Shown: positions 40,105 through 52,872 of the stretch, piece after piece | How the letters are laid out: each line of letters starts with the position of its first letter | Position numbering within the stretch: the stretch's first letter is position 1 | DNA from: Octopus vulgaris | Taxonomy: Eukaryota | NCBI GenBank assembly: GCA_951406725.2 | Contig: OX597821.1 | Span: 39,928,001-39,992,000, forward strand | Length of the DNA stretch: 64,000 nucleotides | Direction of reading: 5' to 3' | Notes under the pieces: model-generated | The model's database searches: none | What the model saw: only the letters and a program-made list of their open reading frames with translations | What the model was told of the DNA's origin: nothing | Made by a program: the position numbers and the translations under genes

Positions 40105-40295
40105 GATTTTAAATTTTAGCACAAGGCCAACAATTTTGAGGTAAGGGGCAAGTTAATTACTGGTACTTATTTTATTGATACTGAAAAGATGAAAGGCTAA
40201 GTTACCATTAGTGGAATTTGAACTCAGAATATAAAGACAGACGAAATGCCATCAAGCATTTTGCCCTGCATGCTAACCATTCTGCCAGCTCACAT
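40105..40295 (-). mobile_element. SINE family A, tail type 2
   Basis: gcacaaggccaac...ctggtactta...gaatttgaactcagaa...ttctgccagctc. Confidence 0.8.
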
Positions 40296-40319
40296 TGGCA
40301 TACTGGAATTACAGCACCG

Positions 40320-41880
40320 ATAATGAAATCAACAATGGAGCAAAACTCATAGAAGTTAAACTAAAACTAGAAAATAGGAGAGAATGCTTAACCTAACAAG
40401 GGCCTTATATCATTTTTAAAACCACATACAAAATGTTTCTGAAATCTCACATGCAAGCTGGTAAGTTTTGCAAAATGTGGTCTGAGTACCATTTGTAAGC
40501 ACATTCTTAACAATACCAAGATTAGAAAAGCTGCTGGCATGTGATAATGAAATAACATCAAAGCTGTTGTCAGCTGGTTCCAAAACATAAAGAAAAAACA
40601 CAGATGAAAATTCACTCACTTTGACATCATAGAATCTACTTGTAAGTTTCCAAATGTCTTTTAACTAAAATACTGGAATTCAGAAGGCAACATAGCAACA
40701 CCATTAGCAACAATGTTAACCTAATAATGCAAGCTAAGAAATGTCTGTTATTGAAGAATTTGCAGTGGGGCAAGTGGTGTGGTGAGGGGCTGCATTATGC
40801 ATCTTAAATGCATTAGAGCAAAATTTAAAACATTCAGCCGAGGATTATACAGTAGAGATGACCTGGTCATCTTACCATAGATGTGATAGATATAGGAAAT
40901 TATTAGCACACGAAAGGTGTTCACCCTTAACATTACAGCCATCACTGATATAAACATTGTAAACCTAAAGATATCACATTAAACTTAGAGAACATAAAAT
41001 ATCAAGAATATTGGAGGTTAACCAAAAACACATCTATTTAAATATTCTATCATATTCTCACTATAGCATTATCGTTCAGCAACATAAGTATAGAATATCC
41101 TGATAGGACAACCTTTAACCACGATATCAGTTATCAGAGTAACATTTTAAAAAAAGTTGGTATCAAGGAAAAAATTAATTCTTTATTCAAAAGTGGGAAC
41201 CAACCGAATAAGTGTACTTTAAAAAGAAGATGATAATAATAATCTTCAAATATTCTCACAAGAGAAAACAGAGTGGATAAAACATCATTTGATATAAATT
41301 TCCTTTCAGCAATAATTTAGAATCCAGTTTAGCTGGTCATATTTAAATCTAATCAAAAAGTAATTCCCAATGTCAATTTCTTTCATTAAAAACAATGCCA
41401 CAGTCAACTATGATTGTACTAAATATATTAACTGCATAATAACATGTAAACATTGGAGAGCTAATCAGGCCAACACTCAGCTAACTGAATCTAATTGTAG
41501 GACAAGAAGAAAACTGCTTCCTTAATGGAAACTGCTTAAGGAAATCAATTAATTATGAAGTGAAAATAGTGTCTCAGTATGTTATATTAGAATCTAAAAA
41601 GCAAGCTTTAAAGACCATTTTCTTAATCATAGATCCACCTTCAGGAATGGGGAAAAGAGAAAAACAAACACTTGTCCATTTCTGCATATAGGAAAAGTTC
41701 TTTTGTTAACCATTTCAATATGTTCTGCTCAATCACATTTTGTATGAGTGAAGCAAATGCAATGCCAACTGTGCACTGCTGTGAAATACCGTATATCAAC
41801 TAAATAAAGTGATACTTAGAAAGAAAAAAATACATGGAGATAATATTCAAATACCATTGTGTAAGCAAAAAGTACTGGGA
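40320..41880 (+). pseudogene. Degenerate Penelope-like element: RT + Cys-rich linker + GIY-YIG
   Basis: Colinear manual translation: TCKLVSFAK...KHILN...VVSWFQNI...FTHFDIIE...IMQAKKCLL...GLYSRDD...LNITA.T.INIVN..DITLNL...NII*YKFPFS...SNCR..NCFLNGNCL.KSINY...FKDHFLNHRSTFR; many stops and frameshifts. Confidence 0.8.
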
Positions 41881-42354
41881 AAATTATTGCAACAAAGTAG
41901 AACCTGGTCTACATGTGGCTTATTAAAGAGACCAATCCGAAATTTACAAAACACTCACCAATTTCTACATCAACAATATTCCTGATCCTATTACTATGTT
42001 GCTATCCAATGAAGATCTCTTCAGCATGACATTCAAAATAGTCAATTTAACAATATATATATGTGTATATATATTGATTCAGTTATTCACTTAAATTAAT
42101 ACTAGACTGGTCAACCTATCTCTCTTTGGAAATTAGTTTTATCTTAGCACTCATACCTTCGTGCAATGCCAAATTCTCTGACAAATTTCTTTTATTTTGA
42201 TCATTTGATATTTTTTTTTGCTTTTTCTTGTTATTTATTCTTTACTGTATTTATCTTCTCTTTTTTCCTGTGAATTTGAATTGTTTTATGACCATAGCTC
42301 CCTTAATGTAAATCATAAATGACAACATGCTGAGTACATTATGGCCTGTGGATG

Positions 42355-42635
42355 TCAGCGCCTCCTTGACTGGTTTCCGTGCCGGTGGCACGTAAAAAGC
42401 ACCAACCGATCGTGGCTGTTGCCAGCCTCCTCTGGCCCCTGTTCCAGTGGCATGTAAAAAGCACCCACTACACTCACGGATTGGTTGGCGTTAAGAAGGA
42501 CATCCAGCTGTAGAAACACTGCCAGATTGGACTGGAACCTGGTGCAGACTCCTGTCTTCTCAGACTCTGGTTGAACAGTCCAACCCATGCTAGCATGGAA
42601 AACGGACGTTAAACGCTGATGATGATGATGATGAT
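42355..42635 (+). mobile_element. SINE family B with two modules
   Basis: Family match and (GAT)n tail. Confidence 0.9.
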
Positions 42636-42644
42636 ATATATGTA

Positions 42645-42956
42645 TATGACGCTCCATGTTTGTTTTCATTTGGTTTTCTTGTATGTCTCCACTCTCCTGT
42701 TTTTGTTCCCAGTTTTGATCCTTCATAAATCCAAAATGGTATTTTGGAATTTATGGGAGCAACTGTCTTTGAAGACCTATGTTGTCATTGAATGCTCGAA
42801 ATGAGGAGTTGATAGACAGCCAACAACTGATGAAAGGTCGTTCTTTGTGTTACTTGTCCTGCTTTCCATTTTTTCTCTTGTTTTTGCAAATTTAGCTTGT
42901 TTGTTTTCATACTTCATGTTCTTTACACAACTGGTGATGTCCTGTTCCTATATATG

Positions 42957-42960
<4 letters not shown>
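42645..42960 (+). mobile_element. Possible PLE pseudo-LTR fragment with a degenerate hammerhead motif (42763-42819)
   Basis: ctgtct-TTGAAGA-...gctc-GAAA-...agacag: 6-bp stem I complementarity, core mutated; TA-rich flanks. Confidence 0.35.
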
Positions 42961-43006
<46 letters not shown>

Positions 43007-43125
43007 CATGACAAAAGTAAATAGACACACATAAACATCGTTTTATGTCTATTCTAATTTGTAAAGGTTTATACTTTTTATTAATTGATATTTTTATGCT
43101 TCAGGTTCAATATGTGACTGTTTAA

Positions 43126-43470
43126 TCATACCATGTACAAAAGAAACCTTGGAACTGTCTGAATTTCAAAGAGTCCGTATTGTGGGTCATCTGGATATAG
43201 AAACTGGAAATTTTGAAGCATATGTCCATAGATATCCTCCTTTTCTTTGATTTTGAAAGAGGCATTTATATCTGCAGGGCAACTGACCTCTATGATGGTA
43301 CATACCTTAACCCCTCTGTCCCAAATGACAATATCCAGCCTGTTACGTTTACATTTGACAGAAGTTTTGATGGGAATATTCCACCAATGTTCCTTGAGTT
43401 GGTGTTTATGAATGTATTCCATAACAGAGGGATTTTCTGAGTTTATTTCAGGACAGTCTTTCATGCGGAT
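43126..43470 (-). pseudogene. RLE-type non-LTR retrotransposon fragment
   Basis: WWNIPIKTSVKCKRNRLDIVIWDR..K.CTIIEVSCPAD.N...K.KEKED.Y, a PD-(D/E)xK-type RLE; (TA)n on both sides. Confidence 0.8.
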
Positions 43471-43509
43471 GGCATTGTATGTATGTGTATGTATGTATGT
43501 AGTATGTAT

Positions 43510-43555
<46 letters not shown>

Positions 43556-44524
43556 TAGATAGATAAATTTCCAGGTATACCTGGACATATTCATTATTTA
43601 TTTGCTTTATATATATATATATATGTAGAGACAGACAGACAGAAGGAGGGAGAAAGAGAGAAAGGGGAAGACACATACTCTCTCTCACACACACACACAG
43701 ATACACAGGCCAAAAGACTGATTGAATGATTTGAGCAATCTGAGTTTCCCAGAGTTAATTCTGTTTTAACACCAACACAATCTGATAACAAACTCAGCCA
43801 TAATTAATCAGAGATGTAACACAAGAAAACATCAAAGTGCAAGAGAGTCAATGACCAATCAAGTAATGTCTACCTGTTCACTCATTAAATATGCAGGTGT
43901 GTGTTTAGTAACATGTTCATATTTCATTGAAGTAATGCATGGTAAAAAATAAAAGGTAGCCTTCATCGTCACAGGTTTGAAGTTGCAGCAGAGAAGTCGG
44001 ATCACTAGTGCAGGAGGCAACACAACCTTGCTGTGCTGAAAGCCATGTTGCAGGGAAAATATTTCGACGGATGTCTTATGGTTTGGGCAGACACCAAGTG
44101 AAATGGTACTGAAAGGTATGCAAATCACTTCCAGTACTTTGGTAATCTCCCAGAGCGTCAAAGAAGCTTAGTTGTCTTAACTTTATCTGGCTACTGGACA
44201 TATTGAGCGATGAGAGAGTGAATCTAATGTGTGCATCACATAACCAATAGCCAAACTCTACTCTTACATCATGGCTAAAAGTTTAGCAGTAAAAGTGGTA
44301 CCATGAGTAAAAATGGTATCCAGCAGTATGTCTACAAGCAAATCTTGTTGGGTATTCAAGTTCAGGGAAATGAAACACTATTAATAATTTTGTGCTGGTG
44401 GCACGTGAAACATTCGAGCTGTTGGACTCGTAAAACTTTACCCATTTAACTCCTGATATCATTTATATTCTGTAAGTCAGACTATTTTATCTCCATACAC
44501 ATGTACATTATTTCTATTAAATGT

Positions 44525-44920
44525 ATTTAATAGAGCAACAAGCTGTCCTTCGTGCCGATGGCATGTTAAGCACACCATTCGAGCGTGATCATTACTGTGT
44601 TACCTTACTAGTATTTGTGCTGGGGGCATGTAAAACATTCGAGTGAGGTCGTCGCCAGTGCTGCTGGACTGGCTCCTGTGCAGGTGGCACATAAAAAGCA
44701 CCATTTGGGCATGGCCGATGCCAGTACCACCAAACTGGCCCTCGTGCCAGTGGCACGTAAAAGCACTCACTACACTCTTGGAGTGGTTGGCATTAGGAAG
44801 GGCATCCAGCTGTAGAATCTCTGCCAGATGAGATTGGAGTCTGGTTTGCCAGACTTCAGTCAAATCGTCCAACCCATGCTAGCATGGAAAGCGGACGCTA
44901 AATGATGATGATGATAATGA
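44525..44920 (+). mobile_element. SINE family B with four internal modules
   Basis: Four diverged GCC/GCTGGTGGCACGTAAAA-type modules before the core; (GAT)n tail. Confidence 0.85.
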
Positions 44921-45136
44921 TTTATATTAAGATCATAAGAAAGTCTTGCTTGAAAAGACGTTTTCCTGGGGTTAAAATGTAATACCATAGTTCTTCATAG
45001 AACAGCCATGTTATAGTGGCAAAACAACATTACTGTCTAGTATTGTTACTACTTATATCTCATTTAGAGATTTTAGAACTTGCTTCTTTGCTCGTTATGA
45101 GATCAGCAGTTGTCTGCCACTTCTCTTTTTATATAT

Positions 45137-45270
45137 TGTGAGGAGCGATGATTGACTACTATCTCTAGCTGGCAGGTGTTGAGTACCAATGAGGGGCAAA
45201 GGCCCAGGAACCATGGTCTACATGTCTTGCCAAGCTGGAGGGGAGGCAGCAATTCGCTCCCTTACTCACA
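45137..45270. mobile_element. 134-bp TG...CA element (solo-LTR- or MITE-like)
   Basis: Termini tgtgag...ctcaca, inner inverted gagcga/tcgctc, flanked by atatat on both sides. Confidence 0.45.
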
Positions 45271-45352
45271 ATATATTACACACAGATTGTGTGTCATTAA
45301 CCACCTGGAAAAGATGTTTATCTGAGGTTAAAATGTAGTAACATAGCTCTTT

Positions 45353-45720
45353 TACTTGTTTCAGTCATTTTGACTGTGGCCATGCTGGAGCACCGCCTTT
45401 AGTCGAGCAAATCAACCCCAGTACTTATTCTTTGTAAGCCTAGTACTTATTCTATTGGTCTCTTTTGCCGAACTACTAAGTTACAGCGATGTAAACACAC
45501 TACCATCAGTTATCAACATATACACACACATACATATATATATATACATATATATGATGGGCTTCTTTCAGTTTCCATCTACCAAATCCTCTCACAAGGC
45601 TTTGGTCGGCCCAAAGCTATAGTAGAAGACACTTGCCCAAGGTGCCATGCACTGGGACTGAACTCGGAACCATGTGGTTCGTAAGCAAGCTACTTACCAC
45701 ACAGTCACTCTTACACCTTT
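45353..45720 (-). mobile_element. SINE family C, full length
   Basis: tRNA-like head, CORE-like accttgggcaagtgtctt, internal microsatellite; TSD atagctcttt (45343-45352, 45721-45730). Confidence 0.9.
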
Positions 45721-45829
45721 ATAGCTCTTTATATAGACGAATCATATCATAGTGGCAAGGAAGTGTTACCATCTAGTACTGTTACTACTTGAATCTCGTT
45801 TAGAGACTTTGGAACAAGCTATTTTGCTC

Positions 45830-45872
<43 letters not shown>

Positions 45873-45878
45873 TGAAAG

Positions 45879-45943
45879 TGACTTCGAAGTGTCAGTCAGT
45901 TATGCCATCAATGATGGCTTAACTGTCTGAAACATTGAAATCA
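45879..45943. repeat. Fold-back of hammerhead family 2 sequence
   Basis: 32-bp inverted arms (26/32 match); homologous to 23067-23116; includes palindromic acttcgaagt. Confidence 0.7.
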
Positions 45944-46906
45944 ATAAGTAAAGTTCACTTACTCTGAAATATAACACAGAGACCTAACCTCGCATTGACT
46001 TCGCAACCATTCTGTTTCATGCGTATGTATGTGCGTGGGTGTATGTATGCATGTATGTATGTGTACGTGTGTGTATGTGTGTATGTATGCATATATGTAC
46101 AAAACTGGTTTTTCACTCAATCATCTGTGTTGTGTTCTTCAGTACAATTCTTCAGGTGAAAAGTAACCTTGTTTAGTAGAACAAAAAAATATATCTATAT
46201 ATGTACACACACACACACGCTTATGTAATTATGTATATATATATATATACACACACACACATATATATATGCACATATTCATATATTCATATATCCTATA
46301 TACCTATACATATGTATGTACGTATATATGCTTATGTGTGTGTGTCTCTCTCTATATATGTTTATGCATATGTGTGTGTGTGTATGTATATGTGTGTGCA
46401 TGTATGTATAGGATACTGATGTATGTCCAGTCATACAGTTAATCTTTGAATCTGTCTTTGTTTCATTCTTTTTCTTTCCCTTTCGGTGTTTTTTTCTTCT
46501 TTGTTTTTTTTGTTTTTTTTCAAAAATGCTATGGTCATACAGTTCTTTGAAGTAGAGGATCACATTAACACAGAGAAAAATATCCAATATTTGATGGGAA
46601 ATTATATTTGAACTTGTGTTTGCTGGTAGCACATTCTTTGGCTGACACCCAGAAATAGGTGGTTGTTTGCTCTTTCACCCAGAACACAGGATGAAGTTAT
46701 TCATTTAACAATTTTAAATCTGCCAAACCAGTGCATTCCTGGTTGTACGTCTCCCTCTGATCACGAATCTCAACAGATATCACAAAAATAACTTCCTCTA
46801 TGTGGTCACACAACCTGCTAGACAAAGCAGGTAAGTCTCCAAATCATGCTGTACCCATCTTAAAAAAAAAATGACACATTTGATAACATAGTTTGACATA
46901 TACTAA

Positions 46907-47299
46907 TCTCTATATATATAAAGCTGAATTTGTCTGTGTATGGCAGGTTTGGTAGCCTTCAACTAACGCTATCTTCTCCGAGACCCTGCAGCGCAAGTTG
47001 ACCAAAATTGAGAGTATGTTAGAAGAAGGCTTGCTCTTTCTTCCGTAGAATAAAAAAATCAAATCAGACCATGTTAACACCAAAAGTTATTTACATAAAA
47101 AAAATGCATTTTTTTCTATGAAAATCCCTTTTTTTTACGATATTTTGACTGCTGTGTCGCCATTTTTCGGTGTATTTCAGCCAGAAAAATGTTCACTTAA
47201 AGAGAATAGTAAGCTACATAATGCAAAATTTTTACTTTTCAAAAATTCCAATTCTAAAGGGTCAAAACAAACCCGAGCAATGCCGGGCGATACTGCTAG
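46907..47299 (+). mobile_element. Non-autonomous Helitron (family H1) nested in old repeat E
   Basis: A|TC start, hairpin cccgagcaatgccggg, CTAG|T end; matches 13896-14287. Confidence 0.92.
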
Positions 47300-48367
47300 T
47301 GCATTATGTTTGTAAGAAAAGACAAGATGGTCAAGGCTGGAACTCAATTGTTTATAGGGGTTTTGAGTTAGTGTTGACCTGGGATTAAACAACAATAAAA
47401 CTGGCCAATTGTTGTAGTAAACCTTTTGTTTTTCATTACAATCACAACCTACATGTCATGTGAGTGAAGACATTTCACATTATCAAACTTCTAGTTCTTT
47501 CCATTATCTTTTATCTAGAAACCAAATTTCTTAGAATATAAAGTGGTTAATCAGCAGATTCTGTCTATTCCACTAAAATCTTCTATGAGTGTTATGGTTC
47601 TGTATTTTGTCATTTTCCACCTCACTTTTCTGAGATTCTAAAAATATGAATTTATTCATTGTGGAATATTCGGTGCCTTAGACTGGTGTTCTAGCTAGGA
47701 AGGAGCACTACCATAATTTTAAAGCCATGAAGATATAAACTTCAATGCAATGGATACATTGATGGCATTGTAAACATTAAATATTTATTCTATGATTCTC
47801 TTCTATGGAATTAATATTTGAGCACCATTCTGGAGAAAGATAAATTTGTTCGCCAATTACATATGTCATAATTAACATCTCATAGAATGGTAAAATCAGG
47901 AGAATCTAATTTTACTGCAATCTATCTGAATTTGAAAGTGTCTAAACCATCTCCATTGTGAAATTAGCTTGTCACATGTTATGGATCAAAGCATCAAACT
48001 TCCGTATGGTGTACAACATTGTGAAATTCATGTTTAAACTTACATGGATATGTTAAAAGAAATCATGAAATATTTACGGATCCCTCACATGTTCACTTAG
48101 GCCTTGAGATATAAACCTTTTAGCCAAGTAACCTGCAGACACACCATTCCGCAAATTGATATATTTTGAGTCATTGTTAACCATATCATGAATTCAGCTG
48201 TCAATACATTGATATCTATTTAATAATTTTTGATTCTTGATTAAAGAATGGATGTATGTTGTTGCTTTGAATAAAGATTAGCAAAATCAAAATATTTTTT
48301 TAATAAAGTATGAAAATTCTAAAAGTATAAATTCTATAAAATGGTGAATTTGCTGTGGGGTTTCATT

Positions 48368-48757
48368 TTTTATCTTTTACTTGTTTCAGTCATTAGGTCA
48401 TGGCCATGCTGGAATACCACCGTAAAGAATTTTAGTCAAACAAATCAATCTTACTATTTGTTGCTGAAGTTTGGTATTTATTCTATCACTGTCTTTTGCC
48501 GAACTGCTAAGTTATGGGGGATGTAAACACACCAGTACCAGTTGTCAAGGCGTGGTGGGGACAAATGCAGACACAAAAACATACATATATGCACACACAC
48601 ACACACACACACACATGTACACACACACACATGTACACATGTACACACACACACACATGTACACACACACACACACAAGGACACAATTTGCCACTGGGAA
48701 TTGAACTCATGACCTTACAATTGTGAGCCAAACACCCTAACCACTCAGCCATGTGCC
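48368..48757 (-). mobile_element. Chimeric SINE: different tRNA head joined through (TG)n to a family C tail
   Basis: Head ggcacatggctgagtggttaggg...gagttcaattccc; the family C middle segment is missing. Confidence 0.7.
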
Positions 48758-49247
48758 AATCATAGCAGCATCAGGTTTATAATTTCATAGTAAAGGGTAG
48801 ATTGTATGATGTTTGTGAAGAAACGGGATGCTGCAAAGCAGCAAGACACGAGCCTTGACTGATGAGATTTATCTTTAAAATGCTTGTTAGTGTGTTTGGT
48901 TCACACCTGTGTGCAATTTAAGAAATGGTCAAACAACACAAGATCATGAAGGGCATTAACTTCTCAACATAACTAGATTCATGTTTTATTCCCTTCTAAT
49001 TACATCTTGATTTAATTATTTTGTGTTTTATGATAATTTTTTCTTTAGATTTTTGCATTTCACATTCAGAGTCTGTGACATTTATTAATTTTATTCCTAC
49101 AAGACTGCAATTTGTAAGAATAAAATTAATCATTTAAAATTACATGTGTGTGAGTGTGCGTGTGTGTGTGTGTGGTCTTTGCAATTCTGTGGGCTGGGGG
49201 GGGGTGTTAAAAAAACAAACAAATTTCAACAAAGAGCTCACGAGATT

Positions 49248-49554
49248 TGTTGTTTGTTCCTTCTTGAGCCATGCGTGGCTCATAAGGGCCAGTTTCTCGG
49301 TTTCATTGGCATATAGGTTCCCCACCTGGGCAGGATGCCGGTCTGTGGCAGGTGAGCTGCTAGATGCAAGAGGAAAGAGTGGGAGAAAGTTGTGGCAAAA
49401 GAGTCAGAAGAAGTTTGCCACTACCTTCTGCCGAAACCACGTGAAGTTTAGGTGTTTCGCTCATAAACACACACATTGCCCGGTCTGAGATTCAAACTCA
49501 CGATCCCTCGACCGTGAGGTCCGCGGCTCTAACCACTAAGCCATGTGCCTCCAC
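49248..49554 (-). mobile_element. SINE family D2 (same head as D1, different V-domain-like tail)
   Basis: A box TGGCTTAGTGG, B box GAGTTTGAATCT; 13-bp TSD agctcacgagatt (49235-49247, 49555-49567). Confidence 0.9.
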
Positions 49555-50430
49555 AGCTCACGAGATTGTAGGATGCAAAGGATGCAAGTTGATTTATTTT
49601 AAAAGTATGACCCTGCAGACTATTTCAGTACTTATTGTATCACGTCTGAGATCATATCCAATGTCTGTGACAGAGCAAACTAAAGAAGTCCTTGGGTTGT
49701 GCAGTGATGTTAAACAAATCAACTTTACTACACTGGAACATTTGTTGATGTTCTACATAATTTCTATCTAGCAAACTCTACACACAGGAGTTTAGAGGAC
49801 CCAAGGTGAAATTAGTAGACAATTACCCAAACTGCCAAATGGTGGGACTGAACCTGAAACCAATGCAAACATTCCAACCACATCACCATCTGGCACCCAT
49901 GACTGTGATCCTGTAATTCACCCCGCACCTCTTAAATAATCCCCTTCTTCAATGATAATTTTTATATTGACTCATAACCACAGATTTGTATGACGAGGGT
50001 TGACTGAAACCTATATGATTGGTAATTATTTGTTCAGCCTCAATGGAATAAAAAAAAAAAAAAAAAAAGTGGAACTGAGAATTCAGAGAGACTAAACTAA
50101 ACACACAGACATTTTCTGCAGCTTTCCACCATTCTAACACTTTCCCTCCCTTAGAATAAAATTACTAATGAAAGCTGTCAGTTGTGATGTGACTCCATCT
50201 GTGACTAGGAATATGTTGCCAGGAGGATAGCTTCCTCAACAAGCGGATTTGTTTCTAGGTGAATATTTAAATTAATGCTATTTTTGTATGTGTTGTTTCT
50301 TTTATGATATTACATTTTATTGTTTGAAAGAAAGACGAGATGCTCTTTCTCTCTCTCTCTCTCTATTTCTCTCTGTCTCTCTCTCTCTCACACACACACA
50401 CACTTTCTATCTATCTGTTTCTTATCTGTA

Positions 50431-50990
50431 TCATCATCATCTTTTAGCGTCCGTTTTCTATGCTGGCATGGGTTGGATGGTTTGACAGAGGGCCAGTGAA
50501 CCAGAAGGCTGCACCAGTCTCCAATCTGATCTGGCAAAGTTTCTACAGCTGGATGCCCTTCCTAACGCCAACCACTCCGAGAGTGTAGTGGGTGCTTTTA
50601 TGTGCCACCGGCATGAGTACCAGCCAGGCAGTACTGGCATCGGCCACCTTCAAATAGTGCTTTTTACATACCACCTGCATAGGAGCCAGTCCAGCAGCAC
50701 TGGCAATGACCAGACTCCAATTGTGCTTTATTGATATGCCACTGGTACAGAAGGCAGTCAGCGACCCTGGCAATGATCACACTCAAATGGTGCTTCTAAT
50801 GTTCCACTGTCACAGGTGCCAAGCAGACGGTACTGTCATCGAACACGACAACAATTTTAATTGCCTCAACAGAACTTCGCAAGCATAATTTATTGTCCAA
50901 TGATTGAAGGGTACTCTTAAATGGGCTGGTTATACAGCACTGGCATAGGTCACGGTTGCTGGGCCTTTTCAAGCACAGCATATCTCCAAA
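50431..50990 (-). mobile_element. Long SINE family B copy with four modules
   Basis: (CAT)n, core, four modules at about 65-bp spacing, extra 5' segment. Confidence 0.85.
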
Positions 50991-52447
50991 TGTATGTTAC
51001 CAAAAATGCTATAACCTTCGTTTTAACTTATTTTAAACAAAATTTTAAAAAAATTTTTCTTTCTTTTTTCCCCACTACAGCCCATCAACATTTCACATTG
51101 TTCCCATTCTTATTTTCTGGAGGAAATGAATTTCGCAATAGTTATCATTGTTACACTATTAATATATTACATGAACAAAAACAGTATTAAAAAGTCAAAC
51201 CAATAATACACCACAAGCTTACAAACTGTTGAATACACTCCAGGAGACTAACTTAATTTATTAATTCAGAAGCAAACAGGGAAATCTAGTCATGAATGTA
51301 TTACAATAAACAACTAGACATACTAATACTACAGCGACTTGCCAACTGACTATGCATCTAAAACAAAGAGCCATTACAACATATTGCATTATTTAATGTT
51401 CTCCATCAGTAGTGGAACATAGACGGGATTGTTTGACAGAAGCAGACAAGTCAGAAGACTGTGCTGAACACTACTGCCTATTTTTGCATGGTTTTTATGC
51501 CTGAATACCCTTCTTAATGCCAACCACTCTACAGAATGTACTGGGTGCTTTTGATGTGGCACTAGCAGCAGTGAGTAACTTGCAAGGCAAAGATCCCTCA
51601 ATTGAGGGAGAGGAGGTGATATTGAGGGAAGGGGCTTTATGCCAGGTGATGAGAAGTTAGAGTATGAATAAAGGAAGAGCAGCAGATGCCTTGCAGTAGT
51701 GACTATATCAGTTGCGAATGGGGGAGGGGTGGAGGGGAGAGAGTGAGAAAGCATGTGCCAAGGGTTAAACTCAAGTTACAGGGAAGCGTAAAGCTTTGAA
51801 TAGGATAATTTTCGTTTTTTCCTCCGTCCACTTACAAAACTCCGAAAAGATTTTCCATGTACTGCCCTTTCTGCCATTACTAAAGAATTACAAAAATATG
51901 CGAAAACAACAAAACCTGCAAAGAACTGGGCATATTTACTTACCTTTTTTATATTGTCTTTGGATGTTATGCTTCTAGAGTTGTTGTTGTGCTTCTAGAG
52001 TTGTTGTTGTTGTTGTTGTTGTTGTTGATGATGATGATGATGATGATGATGATGCTATTGTTGAAGTTACTGCTGTTTAGCTCTGGCTCAACTCTGATCA
52101 AGCAAGCATATGATCAAAAGAACTCAATACCTGACCATTGTGTCATTTTTGTTAATCTTTCGAGTAATTAATATGGATTACTTTAATCTTCCAGAAGCTG
52201 AAATGTACTGAAGTTGAGTCGATCAAGGTTTTTTTTTCCCTAAATCTACCAAAATTAAAATACTTAGCATTATCAGTGTTAAAAGGAAGTAACATAAATT
52301 AACAGAATTGGTAGAGCACCCCACAAATTCCATGTGGTTTTCTCTGTGCACCAAGTTCAAATCCTAACGATGTAGACTTTACCATTGATGTGTAAGGAGC
52401 AATAAAACACTGTACTGTTCAAGTACTGGCAATTAACTTTACCAACT

Positions 52448-52872
52448 ACACACACGTACACATGCACATATACACACACACACTCACACACATGTACATA
52501 CACATACACATGCACACATATACATGCACACATATACACACACTCACATATAAACACACAAATACACACACATACACACTCACACACACACTTACACATG
52601 CATGCACACACGTATGTACACACACACTCAGACACATACGTACACTTACACACAGACACATGCACATACACACATACACACACAGACTCACACACACATA
52701 AACACACATACACACACACGTATACACACACACACGCACACAACACACACACACACTCACACACACACGCACACAGTCACACACATGTACATGCACATAT
52801 ACACATACACATGCACACAGTCACACACATACACACACACACACAGTCACACACACGTACACACACACACAC
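52448..52872. repeat. Long degenerate (CA)-rich tract
   Basis: Read directly. Confidence 0.95.

Noticed and set aside
50580-50830. CRISPR-like repeat-spacer pattern in SINE B modules
   Set aside because: Eukaryotic context, degenerate repeats, spacers related between copies, no cas genes; internal to a SINE.
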